Shown here in pieces: positions 49,237-63,400 of a stretch of DNA of 64,000 bases. The DNA lies in NCBI GenBank assembly GCA_965153285.1, contig OZ229118.1, one strand, 5' to 3'. The notes beneath the pieces are model-generated. The model was not told the origin of the DNA. It ran no database searches and saw only the letters and a program-made list of their open reading frames with translations. The stretch is from Podarcis tiliguerta. Taxonomy: Eukaryota. The stretch's first letter is position 1, and each line of letters starts with the position of its first letter. The translations under genes were made by a program, and so were the position numbers.

Positions 49237-50589
49237 TACTACAGAAAGGAATAATAACAAAAAAGCAAGGGGAAGGGCTGGGTCAACAGATCCAGGTTAT
49301 AAACAAAGAAGGGACTGGCAGTAAAAGGGAAGAAAGAGTTACTCTACCTTGTGGGGAAAGGTGGTGGTGATTCCCAGGAAAAGTAAACTTATCGAGTTTG
49401 TTCCTTTAGCAGCTTGAAACATTGCATTTCCAAGTTGCTTTCTTCCACTGCTATTCACACCAGAGTGTGGGCAGGGATGTCTTCAGCCAATAATTTCCTT
49501 CCCTGCACTGAACTCCAATTCAGTGAAGCTTTCATCTATGCACATACCTTCATCTGTGCATGCACAAAAGCTGCCCAAATTGTTCCCTCTACACCATAAC
49601 CACAGCTTCCATGTTCAAATAACACAGAAGCTGGGTTAAAGTGCATCAGCGAGGAATATTTCTCTAAAAGCTACAGGAAACAAAAGGATTGTGGCTAATA
49701 TAATGTGAACCTGGCTTTAAAAACCAGCAGTGGGAGTGTGCTGGAGCCACTGTAAATGGTAATGTGAACATACCCTTAGACTTAATCTAATTACTGGTGG
49801 AAGATACCTGATGCCTCAGGACCAAATAAGGGTATATATACTTGCATTAGATATGGCAAAGAATCTGGGGACTAATGAGGTTTGTACTTACATTGTAGTA
49901 TTCAATTCCATGCACAGTTGCTACTGTGGGAAAATACCTTTTTCTAATCCTTTGCAATGGCACTGCACTCATTGCTCAAAGGAAAGCCAAAGCAGATACA
50001 TAATTCCTAGGCACACATAGAATTGCAGCTGAATCAAGCATCTCAATAACAGCCCTCACATGCTGAAGTGGTCATATGACAATTTATCAACTGGCCCTTA
50101 ATTTATCCTTTTGTGCCATCTGTCAGAAAGAGCATTTAAATTATAATCACATGTGCAAAATGTACTTTGTGTTAAATGTAGAAATATTTATTCATTCATG
50201 ATACTGCTAACATGCCATTCAGCATCTAGTAGCAAATAACAAATAACAGACAGCTTCAAACTGAGTTGTTTATTAGAATTCTCACCCTCTCCCCAAGGCT
50301 TGGGCAAAAAGATGAATGTTCACCAACCAATGAAAAGTCAGCAACATTGATACTAGACACACACCCAAGGGGATGCCATTTACAGATGGGACACTGCTGC
50401 AGAGAAAGCCCTTTCACATGTCAATCTAGCAGTTGCACCATCAGTCGGGTTTGATCTGCAGATCTTAATGTACTGGTGGTGTGGAAGGTGCTCCTTCATC
50501 TACTTAGATCCCAATCATTTACAACTTTATTTTTCTGCAAAAGCACCTTGAATTGGGCTTGAATCTGAATTGGCAGCAAGAGTCCAGCC

Positions 50590-51290
50590 AAGAATGCCTG
50601 TCTGCTTAGGAGTGCCCATCAACCTCTAGCTACTGCACTCTGTATCACAATCTTCAAACCATTTTCAAGGGCAGCCCCACACAGAGCACATTAGCTTAGT
50701 CAATTCTAGAGGCTACCTGATCATGTGATACTGTAGCCAGGTTTTTTCCTGGCACATCAACCATGCTGGCCCTAGGCATTCTCCACCATTGAAGCTCCCT
50801 GTACCTCGAGTAGCAAAGCTGGATCAAGGAGGGTCCTCAGCCTACACACCTGCTCTTCCAAGAGGATTGCAACCCCATCCAGAAGAGGGCATCTCACCTA
50901 GACCTGTTCACCTATCACCCATAACACTTCCATCTTGTATGGAATCAGTTTTAATTTATTGGGCTTCCTAGCACAGGTCCCTGTACTGCCACACCTGATT
51001 AGGATGGAGCAGCGAATGAGCACTGAATGTCATCCACATATTGATGATACCTCTCTCTAAATTATAGCTCCCAGTGGCTTCATAAGGATGTTAAATAGCA
51101 TACGGAACAATGTCAAATCCTGGAAGATAATTCCCACAGAGTTGAACAGTAGTCCTCCATCACCAGTCTCTGAAAATGACCCAATAGATATGAGCAAAAC
51201 CTCTGTAGTACCATGCCACCGACTCCCAGTCTGCAGAGCTGTCCCAGGAGGACATTGTGGTCAATGGTATAAAAACCACAGAGAGTTATA
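50590..51290 (-). pseudogene. Decayed L2 LINE RT fragment
   Basis: ORF 51113..51367 TIDHNVLLGQLCRLGVGGMVLQRFCSYLLGHFQRLVMEDYCS matches L2 RT (DTIDHxILLxRL..GxGGxVLxWFxSYL..RxQ). YVDDIQ on the minus strand near 51030-51040. Confidence 0.7.
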
Positions 51291-53090
51291 GGGGAGTTGG
51301 TTCTGACATCAGTCAGGTCAACTGGGGATGTTTCAGTATCAGTATATTCAGTACCAGTATATTCCAAGGGTGATAGTTGCTTAACGCTTCTAGGGACAGC
51401 CTCTCAAGCAGAGAACACTTGCTACCTTGAGAAGTCTAAGATCTCAGAACAGAAAAATCAAGATTTTCTTTTTTTAAAAAAAATAATGCAGCAACAGCTC
51501 TAGCTTCCATATACTAGAAAGTCTCCTCATAAGAGAAAAGCTCCCTAAGTCTAAAAATGGGCTGCCAAAACCATGATATATAACATAAAGAAATAAGAGA
51601 GTCAGGAATATTTTGCAATTATATTAATGCATCCTTCATACTTATTAGATGGTGAGCTTTATAAATTGCAAACTAAAACAGTCATGTGATTTTATTATCT
51701 CTTGTTCAATTTAAGGACACAAACTTCAAGATCAAAGACTTCTGATAGAAACTGACTATGGCCAAAAGGTTATAGTTTCATTGAAAGAATTTAAGGTAGA
51801 AAAAACGTTAGCGCAAAATTCAATATATTTTCTAAATCCTTCACTAAGTGGTCTCACATTAAGCTAAGGGATATATTTATCATTAGAAAATAATCAATTT
51901 TGGCCACTTGATCTATAGCTTGTCTTCAAAATATCAGGCTGAAGTTGTTGCTTTTTCTTGATGATGAATTGATTGCAGTTTTTCCACTGACACTGGTACT
52001 AAACTTGCCACAGATTCATCATTCACACCCTTCACAATAAATTGCAATAATTACATTGAAAAAGCCCATGAAATTCTTCTCACAGAGCAAGAAAAGAAGC
52101 AAAGTCATACATCATAAATGGTGTGGTGGTCTCAGCAGATTTAGTTAGAATTTGATTATTGGATACTTACTACCTGCTTTATTATCCAAATTATACATTA
52201 TTTGGAAGAATGATTCAGTTTTTTAAGCCCAATATTGATATATATATGCATTGACATGGATTTATGAAGCAAAATTGCTATGATAATTTGAAACATCTCA
52301 ACACACATGTATAGATAATGGTAAGTTAATATGCCCAAGTACAATATACATAAGAGCCACATTAACTTCACAAGTGCATGGACCTCTTAGATCCTTTAAA
52401 AAAATAATTACTTCTTTCTATTAGCTCCTTTGCTACCTATTTCTTCATTGCCTTCCTTCCAGAACACATCTCATAGATGTTAGAAGTTCACATTGCAATC
52501 CAATGTTTTGTATCTTTCACTTTCTCACTTACACACATACAATCAACTCAGAAGGACTTATTATTTTGAAAGCTATTCCATAATGCTTCTTTCCCGTCCC
52601 CCGTCCCCACCTAAAGAATCCTAACGAGCAACAAAGCTGTTCTTCATTATGATTTTTTTTTAAGGCAACACAATGCATTTTGGGAACACTTCACTTAAAG
52701 CAATTTAATAACAGAGTCTACCAATCACAAAGCCTGGCCTATGCTCAAGCACTCAAGATATACTAAGGAATGGAACTTAGGGGCACATTGCAATAGAATA
52801 CAAGTGAGATATTAGGTTCTGTTAAGGGTAAATCAGATGACACAGAGGACTATTAGTCAAAGTTGAAGGGTAGGCTACCTGCTTTAAACAGATCAGCTGG
52901 GGGGAAAGAACAAGATTATGGTAGACAACTGATCTGGATCTGTACACTTGAGGAGGGATTATTCTGTATCATTATACCAGCTCTCTACTGTGTGTAAAAA
53001 CAGGAGAAGTTGCACATGGTGGAATGATTGTTGCTTTAGAACCACTTAAATGTACAGAAGGCATGCAAATGTATGTCCACTTGTGTCCCA

Positions 53091-53247
53091 TAGGGACTTG
53101 AGAAACTCCTTTACACCTAGTCAGACCATTCCCCTGTCTAGCTCAGTATTGTCTACACTCTCCAGGGTATACAGATTTAAGATGCTGGGGATTGAATTTG
53201 GCACCTTCTGCATGCAAAGCATCTTCTGTACTACTGAGCCATGATCC
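53091..53247 (-). mobile_element. Squam3-type SINE, decayed
   Basis: CAGACCATT..CTAGCTCAGTATTGTCTACACT..GGGGATTGAA..CCTTCTGCATGCAAAGCA..ACTGAGCCATG. Confidence 0.7.
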
Positions 53248-53373
53248 TTATCAGGGTCTGTCCACTTGTAGAGAGAAGTGAGGCAGTGGCCTCATGGTGG
53301 CAGGCTCCAGGCAGCTGGAAGGAGGCATCAAACTTGAAACAACTTGACCTTGTTAAAAACATATTATGTAAAT

Positions 53374-54222
53374 TAATAATAATAATAATAATAATAATAA
53401 TGATTTATACCCCGCCCATCTGGCTGGCTTTCCCCAGCCACTCTGGGTGGCTCCCAACCGAACATTAAAAACATGATACAGCATTAAACATTTAAAACTT
53501 CCCTAAACAGGGCTGCCTTCAGATGTCTTCTAAAAGTTAGAGAGTTGCTTATTTCCTTGACATCTGATGGGAGGGTGTTCCACAGGGCAGACTCCACTAC
53601 TGAGAAGGCCCTCTGGCTGGTTCCCTGTAACCTCACTTCTCGCAGTGAGGGAACTGCCAGAAGGTCCTCGGCACTGGACCTCAGTGTCTGGGCTGAACGA
53701 TGGTGGTGGAGACACTCCTTCAGGTATACAGGGCCGAGGCCATCACCAACACTTTGAATTGTGCTCGGAAACGTACTGGGAGCCAATGTAGATCTTTCAA
53801 GACCAGTGTTATGTGGTCTCGGTGGCCGGCCCCAGTCACCAGCCTAGCTGCTGCATTCTGGTTTAATTGCAGTTTTCAAGTCACCTTCTAAGGTGGCCCC
53901 ACACAGATCACATTGCAGTAGTCCAAGTGGGAGATAACTAGAGCATGCACCATTCTGGTGAGACAGTCCACGGGCAGGTAGGGTCTCAGCCTGCATACCA
54001 GATGGAACTGGTAGACAGTTGCCCTGGACACAGAGTTGACCTGTGCCTCCATGGACAGCTGTGACTCCAAAATGACTCCCAAGCTGCGCACCAGGGGCAC
54101 AGTTACTCCATTCAGGACCAGGGAGTCCTCCACACCAGCCTGCCCCTTGTCCCCCAAGAACAGTACTTCTGTCGTGGCAGGATTCAACCTCAATCTGTTA
54201 GCCGCCATCCATCCTCCAACCA
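53374..54222 (-). mobile_element. L2 LINE, 5'-truncated 3' portion with (ATT)n tail
   Basis: ORFs WMAANRLRLNP..TEVL..VRSLGVIL..VHALVISHLDYCN and GLGPVYLKECL..LRSS..LLAVP..RAFSVV..LWNTLP..FRRHLKAALF. Confidence 0.92.
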
Positions 54223-54379
54223 CGAATTCAATAAATTTGCTGAGGAAGAAACATATTAGGGGGTTACGTCAACCTTAATGTGTGCAAGGAGTCTCTCTAA
54301 ATAATTAAGGGTGCCACCTGGAGGAACTTTTTTTAAAGATAAAGACAAATGTGCATATGAATTCCTTCAATTTTTTAAA

Positions 54380-54740
54380 AAATGGGGCTTATACAATATA
54401 TAGAGTGAAGAAAATTCAAATGATTTCAGTATTACGTTTCATTCAAGCTAGTATTTTTCACAATCCAGATTAGATTTTTTACTGCTCACTCCACAGTTAA
54501 TTCCCTTCACGCAATCAGTGAACATCGGCAACATCAAGATCACTGATCATGCTCCAGTAGAAGTGACCTTACAACTGAGCAATGAAACCCAAACCTTGCC
54601 ATCATGGTCATTGAATCTATTTTAGTGGCCAACCAACTATTAAAAGAAAGGGTAGCAGAAACCCCGCAATTCTATATTAAGAAAAACAACAATGAAAATT
54701 CCAATTCTATCAACCTTTGGGAAGCAGTGACAAAAAAAAC
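54380..54740 (+). pseudogene. Decayed L1 APE endonuclease fragment
   Basis: Translates TFHSS..SRLDFLLLTPQL..IGNIKITDHAPVEVTL..WSLN..LWEA (cf. L1 TF.S..SRID..SDHAPV..WRLN..LWDA). Confidence 0.75.
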
Positions 54741-57700
54741 CCCAAACCTCTACAACAATAAACATTGTATTTCACCTGCTGTCCTTGCACCCAAAATCCA
54801 CACGTTCAGTAGCCTAGCCTGCTTCAGAACAGATCTCTTCCTCCCTGCCCCGTCCCCCACAATGGCCATGGATTCCCACTTCAACCTTTGGGTAAGGTTG
54901 ATTTGGTTCCCCCATTGTTCCCAGTGTAGATCTTCCTCCCTTTTTCCTGATGTAGAGGGGAGGGTGAGTGCTATTTTGTGGTTCACCTCAGGTACGGTAC
55001 TTGGTATGGTACAATGCCAGGCCTGGTAGTACAATCCTATACAGAATTAAATTTACTGAGTTCACTGGAACTTACTCACAATAAGTGTGTGTAGAACTGC
55101 TGCTGGTCTGTACAAAAATTGCTTTTGTCTATTGTCTATTCACAACTCCATCTCTGATGTGTTTCGTGGTGAAATGCAATTAATAATTCAATGTAAATTA
55201 CAAGTCTCTGCTGTGTGAGGGATGTGAAAGTGTACAGCAAACAGCATGATTCATTGCAGAATGCATACAAGAGTGGCAAGAACATCGTAATTTAAAATTA
55301 ATCTGGTCATTTGTGGAACCATTTTTTAAAAGCGGAATAAAATTAGAGCATGTGTTCATACATCAACATCACACTGTGACATTTTTGATGTTTCCAATTT
55401 TAACGATGTCACTAAGATGGAGAAGCCTGTGATTTAGTCATTTCAGAAAAGGTCCAATAGCATTCCAGTTTAATTTGAAAATCAGTAGTTTAGGTCTAAG
55501 CTATTTTTGTATGTCTTTATCGTCCACTAGCCCATGCTAGCGTTCTGAGAATGAATTGCTCCAAGGTGCTTGGAATTTAGGCTAATGTTCTTGGCCTGAT
55601 GCTTAGATCATGATTTCAAATTAAAAATGGCCAAAATAAAACTGAAAGTAGCGTACCATGACAGCTGAACATCTTGGCTGCACTTTTAAACTGTTGACTG
55701 TGAGTTAATGTGAAGGATAAACCTAGCCATTATTCATCTACTTAGCACTGTCAATGTGCAATATGTGTTCTAGATCAGAGAACCAATTTCATCAATGTGT
55801 TTATGATTTATATCCCACATTTTCTCCAGTGAGTTCAAGGCAACAAATATGGCTCTCCTACATCTTATCCTCATAGAAACCCTGTGAGGTAGGTGAGGTT
55901 GAGAGATAGTGGCTGACCCAAAGTGACCTCATTGAACTTATGATACCTGGGTTTCTCCAGTCCTGGTCCAACACACTAACCATTGGGTCACCAGTGGACC
56001 ATTTATGAAATGTACTATGAATTCATTATTAATTTGCAATGATATACAAAATTCGTAAAGCAAATCATTTGTCCTGGAATGGCCTCCTCCTTACAGCTTT
56101 AACCAATTCCTCTCACTGAATCGTCTTAAGCTTCAAAGTGTCCTTTTCATAACACAAATTAAATCTGAGCATTTTCCACTTTTCCTCATCTCCCAAATCT
56201 AGGAAACTATCAACCACCCTCTGCATGGGTTTCTACAAATACACCTTCCCACAATGTTGATTCTTGGGCCTTGTTCACACATATGATTTGCCAGAGGTGT
56301 AGAACTTTTAAGTGCCATGTTAGAATGTTTCAGAATGTATTAGATGCTATGGAAAAATGACACGAACCATGAGGAGCCTGATGTGTTTCTGCTGTTGTTT
56401 TTGTTTTTACTATATGTGTATTTATAATAGCACATACTACTTTCTAGCTGCAATGCTTATCAAAGTGGCTTTCCTGTGTTTCTCCTTGATCACCTTAGCA
56501 GAAAGACAGCTAGCTCGACAATTTCAGTAGTAATAATAAAATAGTGAAGGTCTGAACCAAATCCTCTCACACCCATTTTAGTTGCCTTATCTCCCAACAT
56601 GGAAAGCCCATCCAGTTACAACACATATTTTCATGCAGCAAGAGACATTTAAGCAACCATCAACTGGAAAAACCAATGTTAGTAAACTGAGAGGCAAGGT
56701 GCATGCTAACATGTTCAGTGGTGCCCTGACATTGTGTAGATACGCTGCATGAAAGCAAGAAGTTGTGTCCCACCTCCAGTGTTATTATTTCTTAGTATTT
56801 TACAATTCTCCTAGAATTACCAAAGTAGGTTCCTTATATGGAGCATGTATAAAATATAGCATCTGATAGCATTGAAATTACATACACTATAAATGGAAAT
56901 TGTTTTTGCACAGTTAATAATTATTGCCTTATAAAAGTTAATGATCCAGTGCAGTAAGGTAATGTAAAGGTGATAATATTATAGCAAACATTCAGTGTGA
57001 AAAAGGAACAACCTTTAGTAGGAAAGATGTTTGGTAGAAAGGAATTGTGTTATCAGGTCAGTTCTGATACTGTTACAACACTGTACTCTATGTCTTGGGA
57101 CATTATAAATACATTAAGGGCTGATTTTAAGATGATTACTTCAGTGAAGCTTGCTTCCTTATAAATACACTTAGGATCAACGATAGCATGTATTTTTAGG
57201 CTCTGATATTCAGTAACAAAAAATGAATTTAAAAGACATGTGAATGCAACTGTAAGCCTAGCAAGCTTTCTTTTGAACTGAAATTTGTCTTCCACAGAAA
57301 TACATTTAGGATTACAGTAGAAATGTGATTTCTCTAGCATTACACAGGGAGAGAGATGATATGGAAAACCATTTCATAGTTAATTGACCTGAAACCTGCT
57401 ACTCTGAGTTCTAGCAGAACTGCCATACAGCCACCCTGGCCTGGTTTTGTCCTGATACTGACCATGCCACCCATGTCTGATCTTTATAATAATCAGCAAA
57501 CCATTTGCATGATATGCAGATAGGGTTGCCCAGATTTGGGGGAGTAAAAATCTAGTAACCCTTAATGCTATTTGCTTCCATTTTTGCAACTTTAGCTGTT
57601 GAGGGGGAAACAGTGCTGTTTACAAGTTCAAAACTTCTACACTTGCAACTGAATTATGAATAACCTGCCCAACAAAATTATTTGGGATATTGTGTGCTAG

Positions 57701-58900
57701 ACTGTTATTTGTTGCTGCTTTTCAATGTGTTGTCTTCAATCTCAAAAAGTTATTAGATTCACTTTTTAAAAAAGCAAACTATGCTCCTTAAGCCCACAAT
57801 TCATATAACTTTTACACATCTCCACTCTCTCTTGAAAGGAAAACTGCCTGCATGCTGCTTCCACAAAATGTAGATAATAATTAAATTTCCTTCATACAAA
57901 TCACCATCAAAATCTTTCCAACAGCTTCTCATCACCACAGGGGAGCAAAGGCCAAAAGGTACATTTAATGAGGCCAAACAGAAGCTTACTTACTCCCAGG
58001 GGAAATGTTAATCTTATTTATAAAGAAACAAGAAAAAGAGAAAAACCCAAGGATGGATGTTGTATGGGAAGTGTTTACAGTATTTTCTTTGTTTGAACTT
58101 CCAGCTAAGGCTTGAACTGAGGCAGAACTTGAGATAATTCAGTTGCTCATATTAAAATTTAGTTAATTAGGTTAATAGATACAGCTCCATCTTTTGAAAA
58201 AGCCTATCAAGCCCATGGGACTAGCAGCAGGGTCATGCAGAATCCCGCCCACCATCTTGGCTTTGTTCTTCAGAGAGAACAAACCCAGCAACTTATTCTG
58301 AAGCGAACTAAAGGCTCAGTTTTATTTCAATGAAACCATATTCATTAGCACCATAATCATTCAAGCTGTATTAAAAATGTATAAGCCACCTTGTTTAGAA
58401 ACACACACACACCAATACTCTAGGTATTAGCTCTCAACAACAGGTTCTCATTTGGTTTGTTTATCTTGCAGTCAAAGGGTGGTTTGATCTAGTTTCCCCA
58501 AAGGAAGTCCAACAGACTTCAAAACTAGAGACCCAGTTGAAAGACCATCATATACAACAGTGTGTTGCATAACACTAGCAATGAATTGGGGGGGGGGTGT
58601 AATCATGCTCAGTTGGCCCTGATAGTGGTTGGGAGACATACATTTCTCTCTGCAACAAAAGACAAATTGAAGGGGCATTTCATTTATAATCGTAGGTGTC
58701 AGACAACGCAACTGGCATATCCATGCATATGGCATCCCATACTATGAATGCATCCCAACTTTCAAAGGTGATCCACACAAGGATCTGCGTGAAAAATCTG
58801 GTGGCTGTGCAATAATCTCCATTGCTTTTTATTTGCAGGAAGACATAATCAAGCATTATTCTAACCATGAAGAAGTGCAGAAGGGCCTGTGTGAAGCGTA

Positions 58901-59149
58901 CAGTGGTACCTCTACTTACGGATGTGATCCGTTCCAGGGTGCCGTTCACACCCCAAAAAGTCTGTAAGTAGAGCACCACTTCTGCACATGCACATGACAC
59001 AATAGAGCACTCCTGCGCATGTGCACAGTGTGCAGAAAGCTTCTGTGCATGCGCGCGCGGTGAAACCCAGAAGTATACACTTCCGGGTTTGCCACATTCG
59101 CATCCCCAAAATCCGCAACCTGAACCTAATGCAACTAGAGGTGTGACTG
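58901..59149. mobile_element. Tigger-like MITE, family A (reverse orientation)
   Basis: TA|CAGTGGTACCTC ... GAGGTGTGACTG|TA. Related to 6008-6258. Confidence 0.85.
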
Positions 59150-59210
59150 TACTTCTTTGCACTAATGATATAATGCATAGGTACCAAAGGCAGGCGTGGT
59201 TCTGAGCAGG

Positions 59211-59576
59211 TTTAAGAAATTTTATTGTGGCATTAGCTTTTGTGAACTAAAATCTTCTTCATTAGATGCATCAATCCTGAACAGCAGGTATTCACACATG
59301 CAGAAAGGGGCACTGTAAGCACTGAGGTCAGAAGGGAAGGATATGAAAAATGTATTTAGACTGACAATTCAATAGAGCTAGCCTATATGTAAAATATACA
59401 CACTGATCCCCCTAACAACAGAAGAGATAGATAATACAATAAGCAATGTCCAATATACCGTACTTGTTCTATCACCTGTCAATGCTTTTAAGAATCAACA
59501 TGCTTATTTTGAAAACATTCTGGCTTTTTCTAAAAATTTGCTAATTTTTAAGATGCCACAAGACTCTTTGGTGTTT
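59211..59576. mobile_element. Penelope-like element terminal-repeat remnants in inverted orientation
   Basis: 59215-59271 (AAATTTTATTGTGGCATTAGCTTTTGTG..CTTCATTAGATGCAT) and 59533-59576 (AATTTGCTAATTTTTAAGATGCCACAAGACTCTTTG) resemble recalled reptile Penelope pLTR ends. Confidence 0.45.
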
Positions 59577-60043
59577 CGGTGATCAGGATTTCAGGATATG
59601 ATTGGTGAGCTATACAAAACTGCTAACTTGTTGCTTAATTCGACAATTGCCATAGTGCTGAAAAGATGTACTACAGCCTGTTTCATGTGCATGTATCTGC
59701 ATTTTGTTAATGTATACACGCTAAGCAGTTTACAAATAACAACAAAAAGGAAACAATATGGGAAATACAAAATAAATTCAACATTCAAAACCACTACTGC
59801 TAATAATAATTCAACAAACCATATACAAAACACTGAAATATATCAAATGCAACATACAATATATCATAAAAACTATATATATTTTTTAGAAAAACCACAC
59901 ACCACAGGGCTGTCTCAAACACAGCAACTCCACTGGCACAACAAACTTCTATGTGCACAATGGAGCCTCCTCTTCCTCTTCTGTCCCCTTCAGCTCCCCC
60001 TGCCCCCTCAAAATGAGTTCTAGGGTGTTGGTGGTGCACTGCA

Positions 60044-60067
60044 GAGGAGGAGGAGGAGGAGGAGGAG
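60044..60067. repeat. (GAG)n microsatellite
   Basis: ~8 GAG units. Confidence 0.9.
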
Positions 60068-60295
60068 AAAGAGAAGTTCTATTGAACTAGCAGGATTCCT
60101 CTGTTGCAACGCTAGATGCAACCCACAGAATACACTCACCAAAATAATAACTCTCCTTAGAGATTATGATACTGAAGAAGTGGCACAGTTGCCACAGCAA
60201 CCTAAGTTAGTAAAAGGCTTAGCTACAGCTGCCACCTAAACTTCCAGGAACAAAGCCTGTTTTAAGAGCACCTCCAAACTGTGCACCTGATCCTT

Positions 60296-60490
60296 ATTAT
60301 TATTTTATTTAATATTATTTATTGAGTTTATATACCGCCCTATACCCAGAGGTCTCAGGGTGGTTCACAGAAAAGATCACGACATATATATTCAGAATAA
60401 AAACAACAACCCAATAACACTCCCCCCCCCCCCAGAAAACAGCCACATTTTAAAAGGATATAGGATGTCAAACAGATCAACCAAAGGCTC
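60296..60490 (-). mobile_element. L2-type LINE 3' tail
   Basis: (TAT)n tail then TTTATATACCGCCC..TCTCAGGGTGGTTCACA, the L2 3' stem-loop pattern. Similar short tails at ~19180-19240 and ~28880-28935. Confidence 0.6.
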
Positions 60491-63400
60491 CAATAATTGG
60501 GGCTATAAGAACATGGTATCTCACATAGGCAAACAAGGGGAGGGTGGTTCCGTGGCACCTATCCAGCCTCCTAATATACTACCCCAAAAGAGATGGACAT
60601 GCAAAAGAACTCTGTGCCTTTAGCCTTTAGCTAGGAGCAAAAACTGTATCATGACATGCACACTTCAAGCTTGAATGTCCTGGTGTAAATTTTATTTTTT
60701 ATTTTTTTCAAATAAAGAATTCTTAAAAATATTTTAGTTATTTTTGGGACTAGAGGGGCAATTTTTGTAAAGACTTCTTTGCACCAAAGACCCAACTTCC
60801 TGTAAGATTTCTTCATTCATAAGTAGCATAATTACTTTCAATGACAGCTTGTGCCTCTGTTTTGGCATCTTGCTTCTATATTACTTTACTAAAACCTGGT
60901 CACTATTTTTTTCCCTTTTAGCTTGTTAGTAAAATAAAGAGCAAACTCAGCAGTAAAATGATGCTGAACTATTTATACTAGCAATCTGATGTTATTTATT
61001 TTTTATGCAGTAGGGAAGAGGGAAAGCACTGATCAGGAAGGTCACTAAGGAAACAGATAATTACTTTTGATGAAGTATAATCACCAGAAATCCTGCAAAC
61101 ATCATAATTTATCTTCACGATGCTGAGCTTTCCAACAGACCTTCTCAATGAAATTACCGATCATTGTTCAGAAATGTGCAATGAATCAAGGAAGAAAGAG
61201 TCACGTTTTTGGACTTCAGACTTACAAAACAAATGCATAAAGTTTCTATTAACAATATATATTACCAATTGTGAGACATATACTACAGCTCTTACTAGAT
61301 TAAAATATTGATTAGACAGAAATGCATAGAGCCTTCTCAGCTTTTATTTCATTTTCTCACAAATCAAATTAAGAGTTTGAAGTGGGGTACCTGAAGAACC
61401 ACCTGCCCCTGTCTACAGACTCAAGACTAATATGCTCAACAGAGGCTCTTCTCTGGGTACCTCTGAAAGATGAAGGGAAGTTTCAGGGAAACTGCTTTTT
61501 TGGTTACATCAGTGGTGCATGAGGGGAAGGGGGAGCAGCAGTGACACAGAATTCACCAGGATGGAAGTGGTTGCAGCTAGTTTAGGAGAGCTCCAGGTTG
61601 GTGGCAGCATGGACCTGATGGACAACACTGCTAACCCAGAGTTTGGAGAGTCGCTCTCCAAAGAGACTTATCAGGCATCCATTTGATGTTATTTAAGTGC
61701 CAGGCAAAAAAAAACTCCACCCCCCCCCCCAGCTCTATCTGTGCTGCTGAATTTATGCTGTTTTCTTTAGATTGGCTGCTTTTGATATATAAGGTGATAT
61801 CCAAATAAGGCACACTCAAATTAAACTCACTGGAAGTCCTTTGATTTCAATGGGTCTATGACATATTTTGATATCACACAATGTTTGTACGGTTTTATTT
61901 CTGATTGTTTGCAAACCACCCTCAGAATTTATCTGTAGTTTGGGGTAGAATTCCCCATAATATGATAACGTAGAATTAGAGTAAAATGTAATTTTCCCCA
62001 TGCCCCACCCATGTAGCACAATGTAGTTTATGATTGCCATCTTATACCCAGTTACCTGGGAGCAAACCTCAAGGAATTCCATGGGTCTTACTTTTGAGGA
62101 GGCACATATAACATTGCACTCTTAATCCTTTAAAACATGGCAACATATATTGCGCAAATATATGAAAAGTAAGCAGACTGAATCACAAAATGAAATGTTT
62201 TCAAATATTACAGTTGCAAAAGCAGAGAGCAACTGGTTTCAGTGCAATGTGCAATCACTTCTTATTTTTTTACATTACTTGTAATTTGTTCCTCTACACC
62301 ATCTTTGTTGACATAATATGCACATAATTAAAATTCCCTCTAAAACTTTAATTCATTCTGACCATTATCCATTAGCATAATTCAAACAACTAATTATAAC
62401 ACTACACAATACCAAGGGGATTCAGAATTATTTGTTCTTATGGTAAACTTTAGATTGTCTTTCAAATACAAGATTAGTTTAATCCACAGAAGGTAAGCAT
62501 TATGTGTGTGTATGTGTGTACATATAGAGTGACACACACACTAAATATATATATACACATACAATAACACCCTTTATGAAATTATTCTTTGAGTAAAGCT
62601 TCTTTCGTCACATAAAAAGGGAAGTCCTATCCTCACCACAAAGAAGAAGAAAAGACCAGCAGTAACAAGCAAATGTCTCACTGTTATGGCTATCCAAAGT
62701 GTATATTCCCATCATGTAGAAGCCTTGCAAACCCACATGGCAAAGATGCAAGTGGTATAGCCATTGTACCTCCTGTATGATTTCAAGTGGCAAAAACCAT
62801 CTGTCTATTCACTCTGAAAAGCTTCCCCCTCCTCCCTCAAGCCCCTTCTCACAGAATGCCATAGTATCCCTGCCAGACTTTGAACTGGTGTCTGTGTGTC
62901 ACACACAAAGTTCCTCTCAAGGCTCTTTCTGCTCAGAGAGGTTTCGTAAGGTTTAGGCCAAAGTGACCAATCATGGCCTAACAAAAAGGTTAGTGTGTCT
63001 GGCCACAATGCAAGAAAGGGATGTGAGTAACCCTCTTTGTAATGACCTACATGCACCCCAGTGTAAAGAACACTGAATGCAGTCAGAGGAGGGATGCTCA
63101 GGCACCCGAAAGAAAGAAAATTATTGGGGAGGGGAAATCTGCCTTCAGCTGGAAACAAATGCTCTTTAATGCCAAAATGAATTTTCCCAAAGAGCCTGAA
63201 CAATCATGGACCCATTACTCCCAATCCAAGAGCTATTAATAGTACTTGATTAGGCTAAACAGAATAACAGATCCACTTCAACTCCTGAGCCTGATCAGTA
63301 GCAGGCAGACTAAGTACTATATTGTGTCTGTCTCCACCATATAGGGCTGTTCTTGAGATAAGGGCAATTTGCATACCAGAGTTATTTGTGTTACATGAAT

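Noticed and set aside
58472-58572. Good splice acceptor followed by an open frame (KGWFDLVSPKEVQQTSKLETQLKDHH...)
   Set aside because: There is no donor, no recognisable homology and no partner exons, so it is expected by chance.
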